The notes beneath the pieces were generated by a model, which saw only the letters and a list, made by a program, of their open reading frames with translations, had not been told where the DNA came from and made no database searches. From assembly GCF_001194135.2 (NCBI RefSeq), contig NC_068982.1, positions 172,604,620-172,640,276 of the forward strand: 35,657 nt of DNA, in the 5' to 3' direction. Position numbers and translations under genes: made by a program. Source of the stretch: Octopus bimaculoides. Its lineage: Eukaryota. This document shows positions 1-10,340 of the stretch, one piece after another. Positions within the stretch are counted from its first letter, which is position 1; every line of letters begins with the position of its first letter.

Positions 1-480
1 TATATATATATATATATATATACATGTATATCAGTCAGGTTCATTTTGTTTCATGGGAGATACAAACATACGCATTGCTGTTTACTTGTGTGTGATTGTG
101 GAGATTTATACATACTCGCATGCACATATACACACACGCACAGGAGAGCATATGGATACATGGATATATATACACATACACTTTTGTGTGTATGTGTATA
201 TGTTCATATGTGTCTATTTATATTTATTGACATCTCTACTGACACTCATACATACGTGTATGTTTGCGTTTAATATATAGTAAATGAAAGCAATAAGAAC
301 TGTAACATGAAATGAGCAAGAGTTAAATCTCATGCATTGTAATTTGAGATAGCCAATTTGATAAATTTAAATTAATTCCATGTTTCTCCACAGTTTTAAT
401 GGTGTAGACGAAGTATCATGCTTTTTTGGTTGGGTTTTCCTGTCTGTCAATTTGACTTGGTGTCTTTCTTCCTTTCTCTC

Positions 481-491
481 TCCCTCCTTTT

Positions 492-525
<34 letters not shown>

Positions 526-590
526 CTATCTATCCATCCATCCATCCGTCGTTCCTTCCTTACTTCCTTCCTTCCTTCCTTCCTTCTTAA
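481..590. repeat. Compound microsatellite (CT)n-(CTAT)n-(CCAT)n-(CCTT)n
   Basis: Read directly; a (GT)n tract follows at 666-718. Confidence 0.95.
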
Positions 591-665
591 ACCATCACAT
601 GTTCATACCCTTACCTTTACTCATTCATTGTCTTTTGTTCTGGCCTCTTGAGAACTTAGAGTCAG

Positions 666-719
<54 letters not shown>

Positions 720-749
720 CTGCATACACCCTCATTCAGTCAGACTGGT

Positions 750-812
750 TGCCATACAGTGGGACAAAATCATGCAGTTTGGAAGCAAGCTTCTCAACCA
801 CACAGCCATGTC
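750..812 (-). mobile_element. SINE family A, 5' head fragment
   Basis: Reverse complement CATGGCTGTGTGGTTGAGAAGCTTGCTTCC matches the head of the full copy at 12829-13190. Confidence 0.7.
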
Positions 813-877
813 TGTATCTGCCCTTATCATCATCACCATCATCTAGCATCCTCTTTCCATGCTGACATGGGTTAGAC

Positions 878-1156
878 CAGAGGTTTTCAAACTGTGGTCC
901 GCAAGGACAAGACAGGGGGTCCGTGGACAGCAAATACTTTTTATGGGCAATTTGATTTCATATATGTTTTTTAATCGAAATCTTTTAATTGACAATAAAC
1001 CTATTTGTTAAATACTGTTAAATAAATAAATGTAAAAATATATGTTATTTTAAGCAAATATTTATGTATAAATTTCATAAGCATTTATAAGGGGGTCCCT
1101 AAGGTAAAGCCTGAAATATAAAGGGGTCCGCAAGTCAGAAAGTTTGGAAACCCCTG
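878..1156. mobile_element. hAT-type MITE, 279 bp
   Basis: TIRs CAGAGGTTTTCAAACT and AGTTTGGAAACCCCTG; perfect 8-bp TSD GGTTAGAC at 870-877 and 1157-1164; no ORF. Confidence 0.92.
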
Positions 1157-1356
1157 GGTTAGACGATTTGACTGGAACTGATAAGCTCAATAGCTGTACC
1201 AGGCTCCAGTCTGGTTCGGTTTGGTTTTCTACAGCTGGATGCCCTTCCTAACGCCAACCACTCTGAGAGTGTATTAGGTACCTTTTACATCTCACCAGCA
1301 TGGCTGCCATTTACATGTCACCGGCACGAGTGCCTTTTCACTGGCGCTGCCCATGT

Positions 1357-1491
1357 CTACAATTTACACTTAGCCTGACGTCTTTTCTTCTCAAGCACAG
1401 CAAATTGCAAAAAGTCTCGGTCACTTGTCGTCACCTCCTTGAGACTCAACACCTGAAGATCCTCCTTTGCCACGTTGTCCCATGTCTTCCA
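1357..1491 (-). pseudogene. RTE LINE ORF2 C-terminal remnant
   Basis: Translates WKTWDNVAKEDLQVLSLKEVTTSDRDFLQFAVLEKKRRQAKCKL*, matching the RTE ORF2 end pattern (R)KTW..V..DL..L.L....T.DR..W..AV. Confidence 0.8.
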
Positions 1492-1732
1492 CAGATCCCT
1501 CCACAGTTAGAGATCAGCACACACATATGTATATTTGCGACTCAGTCTTCAATAGTGAGTGCTGAAATAATTATAAGCAAAGTATTTTTAGCTGACATTC
1601 AAATGACTTTGATGTCTTTTTCTGTTATTTACCATGCCAGAAACGACAACAGCAACATCAACAACATCACACCATCATTGTCATTTCATATCCACTTCTT
1701 TATGCTTGCATGAGTTAAAAGGAATTCATTAA

Positions 1733-1950
1733 CCCTTTTGTTACCATATTTATTTTGAGATGCTCTGTGTTTCTTTCAATTAATTTTATAACAATGAATT
1801 TAGTAAAATAACTTAGTTATCATTAGGCTGGTGTTAGGAACACAAATTGTGACTAAAATTTGGTGGAAGGTTTTAATTCAAAAGTTATGAAAACAAGACA
1901 TTTCTACTACAGAGCCAGAGGCGGTTTCAGCCAGGTTGGTATCAAAAGGG
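1733..1950. mobile_element. piggyBac-type MITE, 218 bp
   Basis: TTAA at 1729-1732 and 1951-1954; 14-bp TIRs CCCTTTTGTTACCA and TGGTATCAAAAGGG (1 mismatch). Confidence 0.88.
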
Positions 1951-1959
1951 TTAAAGCAA

Positions 1960-2130
1960 GTTTTCTACACCTGGATACCCTTTCTGTCACCAATTTGCAC
2001 CAGTTTCCAAGCAAGGTAATATTCCCTCAGGATTTGACATGCTTTGCATGAAAACTGGAAGTGAACAACATCGCTCATATGATGGTGATGCTTATTTTGC
2101 CACCATCACATGATTTCAAGATAAGGGTAC
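1960..2130 (-). mobile_element. Non-autonomous RTE-tail element (family D)
   Basis: Similar to 19560-19720, 24335-24560 and 34230-34410 (ATATTACCTTGCTTGGAAAC...GGTGAC..GAAGGG.ATCC). Confidence 0.7.
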
Positions 2131-2162
2131 ACACGATATACACATACACACACACACACAAC

Positions 2163-2302
2163 AGAATTCTTTCAGCTTCCATCTACCAAATCCATTGACG
2201 AGGCTTTAGTCGGCCTGAGGATATACTAGAAGACACTTGTACTGAAGTATCACAGTAGAACTGAACCTTAGACTACAAGCTTCACAACCACACAGCCATG
2301 TC
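2163..2302 (-). mobile_element. SINE family A, 5' half
   Basis: TTTCAGCTTCCATCTACCAAATCC...AGAAGACACTTG...ACCACACAGCCATG. Confidence 0.8.
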
Positions 2303-2945
2303 CGCAATGATAAGAAGCAAGGAAGAGACGAAAAAATAGAAAAATAAAAAAATTATCTGAGTGAATCCTAGAATTGAACTCAGAACTCTAAACTATGAAG
2401 GCAGTGACACACAAGTATTTATGCACTGACCTACTAGCATACTCATCTGAAAGCTATGATGTAAATAATCAATTTGATTGCAAATGGATGTGTTTGTCAT
2501 TTAATACTTTTAATATGCATGCTTTTGGCTGTGTGTGTGCGCATGCATGTTATTGCTATTAATGAGCATGCCATTGAGCTATGTGTGTGAATGTATGTTT
2601 GCACATATGTGTATATATTGCTATGTTTGTCTCTATGAATTGCTGTATTTCTTGTATGTGTGTATGTTTGTATGCTATGTTATTATGTATATGTGTGTGT
2701 CCATGTTTGTATATGTTTTCTCAATATATATATATATGTGTGTGTGTGTTCATGTGTTTGTGTATGAGTTTGTATTTCATTTCTCTGCCTATGTGCATCT
2801 GTGTATTTATGTGTGTGTTGAAGTTCTGAGAATTGGAATGCAGAACAGGCAGAGGCATCCAGATTAGGCCAGTTGCAATGATTACCGTAATCTGCAACTG
2901 TCCTAGATTAAAGGTGGAGGGCAGAGGGAGAGCAAGAGTAAGAGG

Positions 2946-2954
<9 letters not shown>

Positions 2955-3016
<62 letters not shown>
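2955..3016. repeat. (AG)n microsatellite
   Basis: Read directly. Confidence 0.95.
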
Positions 3017-3018
<2 letters not shown>

Positions 3019-3409
3019 TAAGAACTTCTTATTCATGACTGTACAAATAAAAGAAAATACAAATCTTTCATCTTAGAAGCTGCCATCTTTGATTCTGAAT
3101 GATACAAAAGTATTGCATGATTCTCAAGAAAAACAAAAAACATAAGTAAATAAACTGATAAAAAAAAAATTGATTAATTCATTAGCTTTGGTTCTGCAAT
3201 TAAACATCAACCCACAATTCAATTCTATTCTCATTTCTTTGTGGGGTGACTTTTTTCTGTGTTTGTTTTTATATTGATGTTTTTAAAATTAATTTTTGCA
3301 GTGGTTAAAGATTTATTTTCATTTGTTCCAATTTTTCAATCGAACCAAATTCATCATTCAATTCTTCATCATCATCGATGGTGATGGCGTCATTATTGTC
3401 ATCATCCCT

Positions 3410-3790
3410 CTTGTAATTATGACACAAATCAATATTGAGGTTGTTAATCGATTTAATCGAATACTTGCTCCCCGAAAATTTTGGGCCATGTAATTTTATT
3501 TTAGAAACAATCGCTTGTTGTCTTTGGTTCCTCTAAGGTGAATAAAATGAAGAACCATTCAAGTACCAGCTCCAATTTATTCAGTTAACTCCTTCTCCCC
3601 AAATTTCAATCCCTGTGCCTATGTTGTTGTTATTATTATTATTGTTTGGGGTTCAGTGGTTTGGCAGAACCATTAGCATGCTGGACAAAATGTTTAGCAG
3701 GTTTTATGTTCTGATTTCAAGTGCCACCAAAGTCAAGTTTTCCTTCCAAGGTTGATAAAATTAGTGCCAGGTCAGAAAGGATTATTATTA
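3410..3790 (+). mobile_element. Cluster of three degenerate SINE family C fragments
   Basis: 3410-3510 and 3510-3625 align with the C 3' half (TCGATTTAATCGA..CCCCGAAAATTTTGGGCC; ATAAAATGAAGAACCA..CTCCCCAAATTTC); 3650-3790 is a C 5' half. Confidence 0.6.
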
Positions 3791-3831
<41 letters not shown>

Positions 3832-3874
3832 CATTATTATTAATGATAATAATAATAATAATAATAAAAAAATG

Positions 3875-4120
3875 CGTACTTTTAAAGCCTAGCCAGGCTC
3901 ATGGGCCCGGTTTCCTGGTTTCAATGGCGTATGTGTTCCCCAGCTGGACAGAACGCCAGTCCATCGCAGGATTACTCATTTTTGTCAGTTGAGTCAACTG
4001 GAGCAGCATGAAATGAAGTGTTTTGCTCAAGAAAACAGCGTGTTCTCCTGGTCCAGGAATCGAAACCACAGTCTTACGATCATGATGCTGACACCCTAAC
4101 CACTAAGCCACGCGCCTCCA
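3875..4120 (-). mobile_element. tRNA-derived SINE family E (head plus tail type 1) in an (AAT)n array
   Basis: Minus strand GGAGGCGCGTGGCTTAGTGGTTAGG (A box), GGTTTCGATTCC (B-box-like), TTCTTGAGCAAAACACTT core, AATGAGTAATCCTGCGATGGACTGG tail. Confidence 0.85.
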
Positions 4121-4159
4121 CAATAATAATAATAATAATAATAATGATCCTTTCTGCTG

Positions 4160-4355
4160 GAATTACAAGGCCTCGAATTTGTGGGAAGGGGGCTAGTCAA
4201 TAACATTGATCCCCAGTGTTTCACTGGTACTTAATTTATTGACCCCTGAAAGGATGAAAGGCAAAGTTAACCTTGGCAGAATTTGAACCAAGAACATAAA
4301 GACAGACAAAATACTGCTGAGCATTTCATTCAGCATGCTAGTGATTCTGCCAGCT
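4160..4355 (-). mobile_element. SINE family C, near full length
   Basis: Reverse complement of the family C sequence seen at 4530-4745 and 30675-30810. Confidence 0.85.
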
Positions 4356-4362
4356 CGCTGTC

Positions 4363-4529
<167 letters not shown>

Positions 4530-4530
<1 letters not shown>

Positions 4531-4745
4531 ATTGGCAAGCCGATAGAATCATTAGCATTCTAGATAAATTATTGCTAAACATTCTACTTATCTTTATGTT
4601 CTGAGTTCAAATTCCATTAAGGTCAACTTTGCCTTCATCCTTTCAGGGTCAATAAAGTTGAGCAATAGAGATGATATGTCAACTTGCCACCTCCCCCAAA
4701 CTTCAGGCTTTGTGCCTATTATAGAAAGGATTATTATTATTAAAC
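4530..4745 (+). mobile_element. SINE family C, near full length, (ATT)n tail
   Basis: GTTCTGAGTTCAAATTCC B-box region, GGTCAACTTTGCCTTCATCCTTTCAGGGTCAATAAA core, GGCTTTGTGCCTATTATAGAAAGG(ATT)n end. Confidence 0.85.
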
Positions 4746-5125
4746 TTATTATCCTGTCACACACTCTGACTATCTTGATCATTTTATCTGCTCATTTCCC
4801 TGCTAAAAGTATGCTTACACTACCCACACAATCACTGCTAACTTCCCAGAAGAGTTTGTACCTTTGTTCCTTGCCCATGGGCAGTCTAGCTGAGGCTCCT
4901 TTTCATCTTACTTCTTGCACACAGCATACATTTACATGTCTCCACACTAGCATTTCAACAACTCACTATGGTGCCTCTAAAGTTGTAGACTTGGGAAGAG
5001 TGAGAAGTAGCTGAGGAACTGTTTTCAGTATTTGAAAAGAAGAATTTTGGGAGCTCTTGTCAGCAGACAGACCTTGCACATGTCCTGTGAAACAAGTGTT
5101 TGTTACTAAACAAATTACACTTTAC

Positions 5126-5157
5126 CTCAATTCCACAAAAATTTCAAGGACAAGAAA
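5126..5157 (-). other. Candidate 32-nt exon (FLVLEIFVEL-R/S)
   Basis: Long pyrimidine tract CTGCTCTTCTCCTTTATGCTTGCAG acceptor and GAG|GTAAAG donor; one open frame; no homology recognised. Confidence 0.2.
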
Positions 5158-5340
5158 CTGCAAGCATAAAGGAGAAGAGCAGTTGGAGGTAAGGAAGAAG
5201 TGAGGGTTTCTGGTTAGACAATAAATGGTTTTATGTGATGGGGAATCCACACATGCACATACACATGCCACATATATTTTTTATATATATAAACAAATTT
5301 ATTCAGCCTCACATTTACATATGACTAACATACAAATCTG

Positions 5341-5377
<37 letters not shown>

Positions 5378-5380
<3 letters not shown>

Positions 5381-5650
5381 AAGGCATGTGGCCTAGTGGT
5401 AAGGCTGTTGCACTCATGATTGCTAGATCATAGGTTTGATTCCCTGACTGGGTGGCACATTGTATTCTTGAGCAAAACACTTCATTTCACATTGCATCAA
5501 TCCCCTTTTTGATCATGGGGAAATGTTGCCCTGCTCACCCAGCCAGCAGTGTGGCGTCATTTGAAGGCTAAAGCAATGCAAAAGCACATTGTGACCAGCA
5601 ATATGTAACAATATCTGATAGCCCAGTTGGTCATGTGACCACATGATATA
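5378..5650 (+). mobile_element. tRNA-derived SINE family E head with tail type 2
   Basis: GGCATGTGGCCTAGTGGTAAGG A box, GGTTTGATTCC, TTCTTGAGCAAAACACTTCATTTCAC core. Confidence 0.75.
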
Positions 5651-5829
5651 TTTATCTGAAGTAGAGTAACAACAACCTAACAATCCAATAAACTCTCCAC
5701 AAACTATACATGACCCAACAAACAATATTATAACTTCCTGCAATTAACACCTATTCTATCTGTATCTTACTCAGACTGCTACTATTTGTAATCATTCGGT
5801 CAATCTGTTCTTGCAGGGGGTGTTGTGAC

Positions 5830-6240
5830 TCTTACCACAACAGCTCCCCTTTTGAGAATTTGACTTCTGTACGAAACGAAATCTATTTTATTCTATTTTT
5901 ATCATTCTTTTCAATTCTTTTCCATGTGTCAGTTTCAGTAATCGAAATGTCACTACCACTATCTAGTTGTAATCTAATATTCACTTCGTTTACTTTTACA
6001 TGTAAACATTTCCGCTTTTTGGTGTCGTTTCTACTTTCTGTTGAGAAAACTTTGGAGTTTTTTTATGTTCGACCTTCCTAACACTCCTCTGCAATGTGAG
6101 CTCTTGTGGCCTATGTTTTGGCAACTGTAACACTTCTGCATTTTGAAAGGACAATCCTTACCAAAATGTAGGCCTCCACATCTGTAGCATGAGTTTGGTC
6201 CTAACATTTTTTGTATATTTATTCCTTCCCAGTCAACATG
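5830..6240 (-). pseudogene. Ty3/Gypsy (Mag-like) LTR retrotransposon gag zinc-knuckle plus aspartic protease relic
   Basis: 6189-6091 translates CYRCGGLHFGKDCPFKMQKCYSCQNIGHKSSHC (CX2CX3HX4C + CX2CX4HX4C); after a frameshift KRKCLHVKVNEVNIRLQLDSGSDISITETDTWKRI with the D-S-G protease motif at 5943-5966. No LTR or RT seen. Confidence 0.9.
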
Positions 6241-6274
6241 CTTGTACTATGATGACAACAGTAATGCTGAATTT

Positions 6275-6392
6275 TTGCCTCCATGAGGCCCAACACTCGA
6301 AAGGAACTCAGCCATCTTGCTTCCATGTGGCCTAGGAACTTGATCACTTTGCCTCCATGAGGCTCAGTGCTTGAAAGGAACTCAACCACCTC
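6275..6392. repeat. Short imperfect minisatellite (3 units, about 32-42 nt)
   Basis: TTGCCTCCATGAGGCCCAACACTCGAAAGGAACTCAGCCA / TTGCTTCCATGTGGCCTAGGAACTTGATCA / TTGCCTCCATGAGGCTCAGTGCTTGAAAGGAACTCAACCA. Confidence 0.8.
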
Positions 6393-6720
6393 ATATCTAT
6401 ATAGCCATCTACACATACATACCTATCGAAGGGGTACTTATGAGTTGTCATGGGAACGAGCATGTATGTCCTTCATAGAGGTGGTGATGGTGGTGGGTAG
6501 TATTGGGCGAACAGGTAAAGAAAAAGGAATAAATGGCAAAATTTGAACTGTGGAGGCTGAACCATTCAAACAGACAGACAAACAACCTCAAGAAATTGCA
6601 GCATGCTGTGCTGTAGCAGGTCTGGCTAACCCATGCAAGGATGGGAGAAAGAAAAAAAAAAAAATAATAATAATAAAATGATGAAGGTGATGTTTGAATT
6701 CATGTGTGATTATGCAGGAA

Positions 6721-6755
<35 letters not shown>

Positions 6756-6847
6756 TAAGCATGTGTATGTGTGTGCATGTTTAAGCTGTTCTTAATCTGC
6801 ATATCTAAATAACCATGAAATATTTAGAGTTTGAAAGCAAACTGTTG

Positions 6848-6895
<48 letters not shown>

Positions 6896-7334
6896 GGTGG
6901 TGGTGGTGGTAGTGGAAGGATGTTTCTTCAAAAGATGCAGTGCTGTTGATGCTGTTGTTGTTAATATGGATGATGATTTTTGCCTGACCGCTGGCATTTT
7001 TCTGCATATATTAATCTCAGTCTGTCTATTTCTCTGTCTCCCTCAATTTCTTTCTCTCTCTCTCTCTCTCTCTCTCTTTGTTCTGTCTCCCTCTGTCTCT
7101 GCCTGAGCGAGTGATAGCGTATAGCTGTGTATCTGCACACATTCAATAATGTGAGCATGTGCTTTGTGTGTATGCAGTTTGGCGATTAAGCCATCTGAAC
7201 TTCTGTGTGTATGTGTACACATGTATACGTGCGCACACACGTGTGTGTTGATTTGATTATGGACTTGTTGATATTATGTATTTGTCTGTGCTTGTGTGTA
7301 CATACATTGGTGTGGAAGATTAACTACTATGTAG

Positions 7335-7372
<38 letters not shown>

Positions 7373-8282
7373 ATGTGGGTGTTTGTGTGGCATTGCATTG
7401 GTTGTCTGTTCTGTATGCTTGCATGTAAAGAACACACACACACATGCAATGTGTGTGANNNNNNNNNNNNNNNNNNNNNNNNNNNNNNNNNNNNNNNNNN
7501 NNNNNNNNNNNNNNNNNNNNNNNNNNNNNNNNNNNNNNNNNNNNNNNNNNNNNNNNNNNNNNNNNNNNNNNNNNNNNNNNNNNNNNNNNNNNNNNNNNNN
7601 NNNNNNNNNNNNNNNNNNNNNNNNNNNNNNNNNNNNNNNNNNNNNNNNNNNNNNNNNNNNNAAGCTTGTTAGCCAGCAAAAACACTTCTGCTAATACTTT
7701 TACCGGTAATTGTTCTTGTTGTTGCTGTTTAATTTTAAGTTTCATCATCCTGCCTTTTACTCCTCGCCCTCCTCCTCTTTCTTTCTTTTTTTTCTTTGAC
7801 CTATGTCAGCATGAAAAATGGTCATTAAAGCAATGAGCTAAGGGGTGCTTGGATTGCATTGTTTAAGGACAGTACTGATGGATGTTGGAATGTTAGAATG
7901 TACGGTGGTGATGTTGAGGACTATGATGATGATGATGATGATGACAACAATAATGATGATGATGATGATGATGATGATGATGTCATACATGCTGTTGTCG
8001 TCCTTGTAGCCTAAGAACTGATGGTCTTTTAAGATGATGTGGTGTTTATAAAAGTGATGATGGTACTGCTGATGACGGCAAGGATGCTGAATCTTTGCTT
8101 TCTTCATCTCTTTCTCTTGTTCCTCTTTCCATTTTTGCATTCGTATACTTAAATTGTTCTGCCTTTTCTGTTTCTTTTTCTTTTTTCTCTTTCATTTTAC
8201 ATGTTTACTACTACTACTACTTCTTCTTCTTCTTCTTCCAGCCACATCTCCAATAATATTTAATATTTCATTATTTGCTAGT

Positions 8283-8317
<35 letters not shown>

Positions 8318-8434
8318 ATGTTTATTTTAATTAGAATCATGTTCAATAAGGCTAATTATATTAAGATTAATTCCGGTAAGCCATGGCAGACATCATCATT
8401 ATCATCATTATCATGGCTTTGCATTTTATCATTA

Positions 8435-8435
8435 A

Positions 8436-8474
<39 letters not shown>

Positions 8475-8538
8475 CATTATTATTATTATTATCATCATTA
8501 TTATCATTATTATTATTATCATTATTATTATTATTATT

Positions 8539-8570
<32 letters not shown>
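8435..8570. repeat. (ATT)n-(CAT)n microsatellite
   Basis: Read directly. Confidence 0.97.
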
Positions 8571-8577
8571 GACTTAC

Positions 8578-8638
8578 CTGAGTTATTTGACCAAAAGATG
8601 TTGGCATAAGTGGACATGTCCAATTTGACAGCTTACTG
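8578..8638 (-). other. Candidate 61-nt exon (SKLSNWTCPLMPTSFGQITQ)
   Basis: Consensus donor CAG|GTAAGT, acceptor TTATCTCAATTGTCCAG (NAGNAG), one open frame, not similar to other repeats in the window. Confidence 0.3.
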
Positions 8639-8858
8639 CTGGACAATTGAGATAATTACATCCTTACAATCTTTTTCTTTCTTGTCCATCACTTATATCT
8701 CCTCCTCCACTTCTTTTCTTTTTTACCCCACCCCGCCTTCTTTCCTCCTTCCCTCCCTCCTCCACCTTCACTGTTGCTGCTGCATTCTTGTCATCACTTT
8801 CCGCTTTGACCCATGTCTCTGTATTGTTTGTTCTTTTCAACATGCTTGCAATTGATTG

Positions 8859-9249
8859 ACAGGAGGCGCAATGGCCCAGTGGTTAGGGCAGCGGACTCGC
8901 GGCCATAGGATCGCGGTTTCGATTCCCAGACCGGGCGTTGTGAGTGTTTATTGAGCGAAAACACCTAAAGCTCCACAAGGCTCCGGCAGGGGGGGGGGGC
9001 GAACCCTGCTGTACTCTTCCACCACAACTTTCTCTCACTCTTACTTCCTGTTTCTGTTGTGCCTGTAATTCAAAGGGTCAGCCTTGTCACACTCTGTGTC
9101 ATGCTGAATATCCCGGAGAACTACGTTAAGGGTACATGTGTCTGTGGAGTGCTCAGCCACTTGCACGTTAATTTCACGAGCAGGCTGTTCTGTTGATCGG
9201 ATCAACTGGAACCCTCGACGTCGTAAGCGACGCAGTGCCAACAACAACA
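8859..9249 (+). mobile_element. Full-length tRNA-derived SINE (family F), 391 bp, young
   Basis: A box TGGCCCAGTGG, B-box-like GGTTTCGATTCC, CpG-rich body, (CAA)n tail, perfect 11-bp TSD GCAATTGATTG at 8848-8858 and 9250-9260. Confidence 0.92.
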
Positions 9250-9407
9250 GCAATTGATTGGCGGCAAAGCATTGTAATATATTGAAGAGGATGATGACAG
9301 TAAGTAGACGTAAATAAAAGGTGGTAAGCACATGCTTCCTCCTGGCCAGAGGTTCGGTTCCCAGATGTTCAGTTTGGCAGTTTTACACCTTGTACTCGTA
9401 CTTTTAT

Positions 9408-9630
9408 CTAGTACTCGTTTCAACCATTAGACTCCAGCCATGCTGGAGCACAGGCTCACAGGGTTTTGTTGAACAAATCGACCCTGGTATTTATTTTTCC
9501 TAAGCCTGGCAGTTATTCTATCAGTTGGCAAAAATGAGTAATCCTACGACAGACCAGCATATCATCCAAGTGGGGAATTTAGGAGCCATGGAAACCGGTA
9601 AACCAGCTAAGTGAGTCTTTATGAGTCAGA
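9408..9630. mobile_element. SINE A 3' fragment (minus, about 9408-9522) abutting a SINE E type-1 tail (plus, about 9525-9630)
   Basis: CAGCCATGCTGGAGCAC...AAATCGACCC; GGCAAAAATGAGTAATCCTACGACAGACC matches the tail of 3875-4120. Confidence 0.65.
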
Positions 9631-9809
9631 AAGGATCTTTATCCTCTTTATCCTTTCTATGTCAGGCTACATTATTCAACATATCCTTTAACTTTTTCAA
9701 AACATAAGAGTGTGATTTCAGGGAGATCTGGCACATTAGTGGCGCCCTCTTTTGCTTGGTGCTCACAGTTTAGCCAAAGGGAACATTGCCTTTTGTCATC
9801 TTGTGGTCA

Positions 9810-9905
9810 GTAAAATAAGTACCAATTGAACATGTAATCGACTTACCCCTCCCTTCTCCTAAATTTACTGTCCTTGTGTCAACATTTGAAACGTTGTTGT
9901 TGTTA

Positions 9906-9948
<43 letters not shown>
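9810..9948 (+). mobile_element. SINE family C 3' half with (ATT)n tail
   Basis: TAAAATAAGTACCAATTG..ATGTAATCGACTTACCCC..CCTTGTGTCAACATTTGAAAC then a TTA array. Confidence 0.75.
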
Positions 9949-9949
<1 letters not shown>

Positions 9950-10340
9950 TGAAAATTCACAGCTTATTTTGCTGGGTTATGATGGAAAGTGTCAGCCGTC
10001 CACAGCCAGCAGACTCAGGTGACACTTGTTTACTGGTGATGCTTCAAAAACTCTGCGAAGAATTCTTGCAGTTCCAAGCAATGCTCATTTTTGTAGGTGT
10101 TCTACCTTCACACTTGCACCAATCTTTTTCAGCCATGTTAGTAGCTGAATGCTGATACTTCCAAATGCGCCAATAACCGTTGGTATCACGTCTACTCACT
10201 TCATTGACTACAACCTTCGTATTTCCCACTTCAGATCATCCTAACTGTTTATTTTTTCTTCTTCTTTCACATTGATCCTGTTGTCACCAGAGCATGCTAT
10301 GTTGATTATCATACATATCACTGGGGCATGCTATATTGAT
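9948..10340 (-). mobile_element. 5'-truncated R4/Dong-like non-LTR retrotransposon (restriction-like endonuclease C-terminus)
   Basis: One frame, 10309 to about 10030: IINIACSGDNRINVKEEEKINS*DDLKWEIRRL*SMK*VDVIPTVIGAFGSISIQLLTWLKKIGASVKVEHLQK*ALLGTARILRRVFEA; four stops; (TAA)n on both sides. Confidence 0.85.

Larger units (their letters stand above)
823..1491 (-). mobile_element. 5'-truncated RTE-clade LINE 3' end (family B), split by a MITE
   Basis: (GAT)n tail at about 823-842, 3' UTR motif GGCGTTAGGAAGGGCATCCAGCTGTAGAAA, ORF2 C-terminus at 1357-1491; the two halves rejoin across 878-1156. Confidence 0.85.

Noticed and set aside
4967-5084. 118-nt minus exon candidate with ATA|GTGAGT donor
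   Set aside because: It lies only 41 nt from the 5126-5157 candidate, and its single open frame is phase-incompatible with neighbouring candidates.
6275-6392. CRISPR-like periodic repeats (also 26790-26960)
   Set aside because: Units are imperfect tandem repeats without unique spacers, in eukaryotic DNA with no cas genes.
8861-8940. Possible tRNA genes at SINE heads (also 4045-4120 and 33965-34035)
   Set aside because: They have A and B boxes but no complete cloverleaf, and they continue into SINE bodies.
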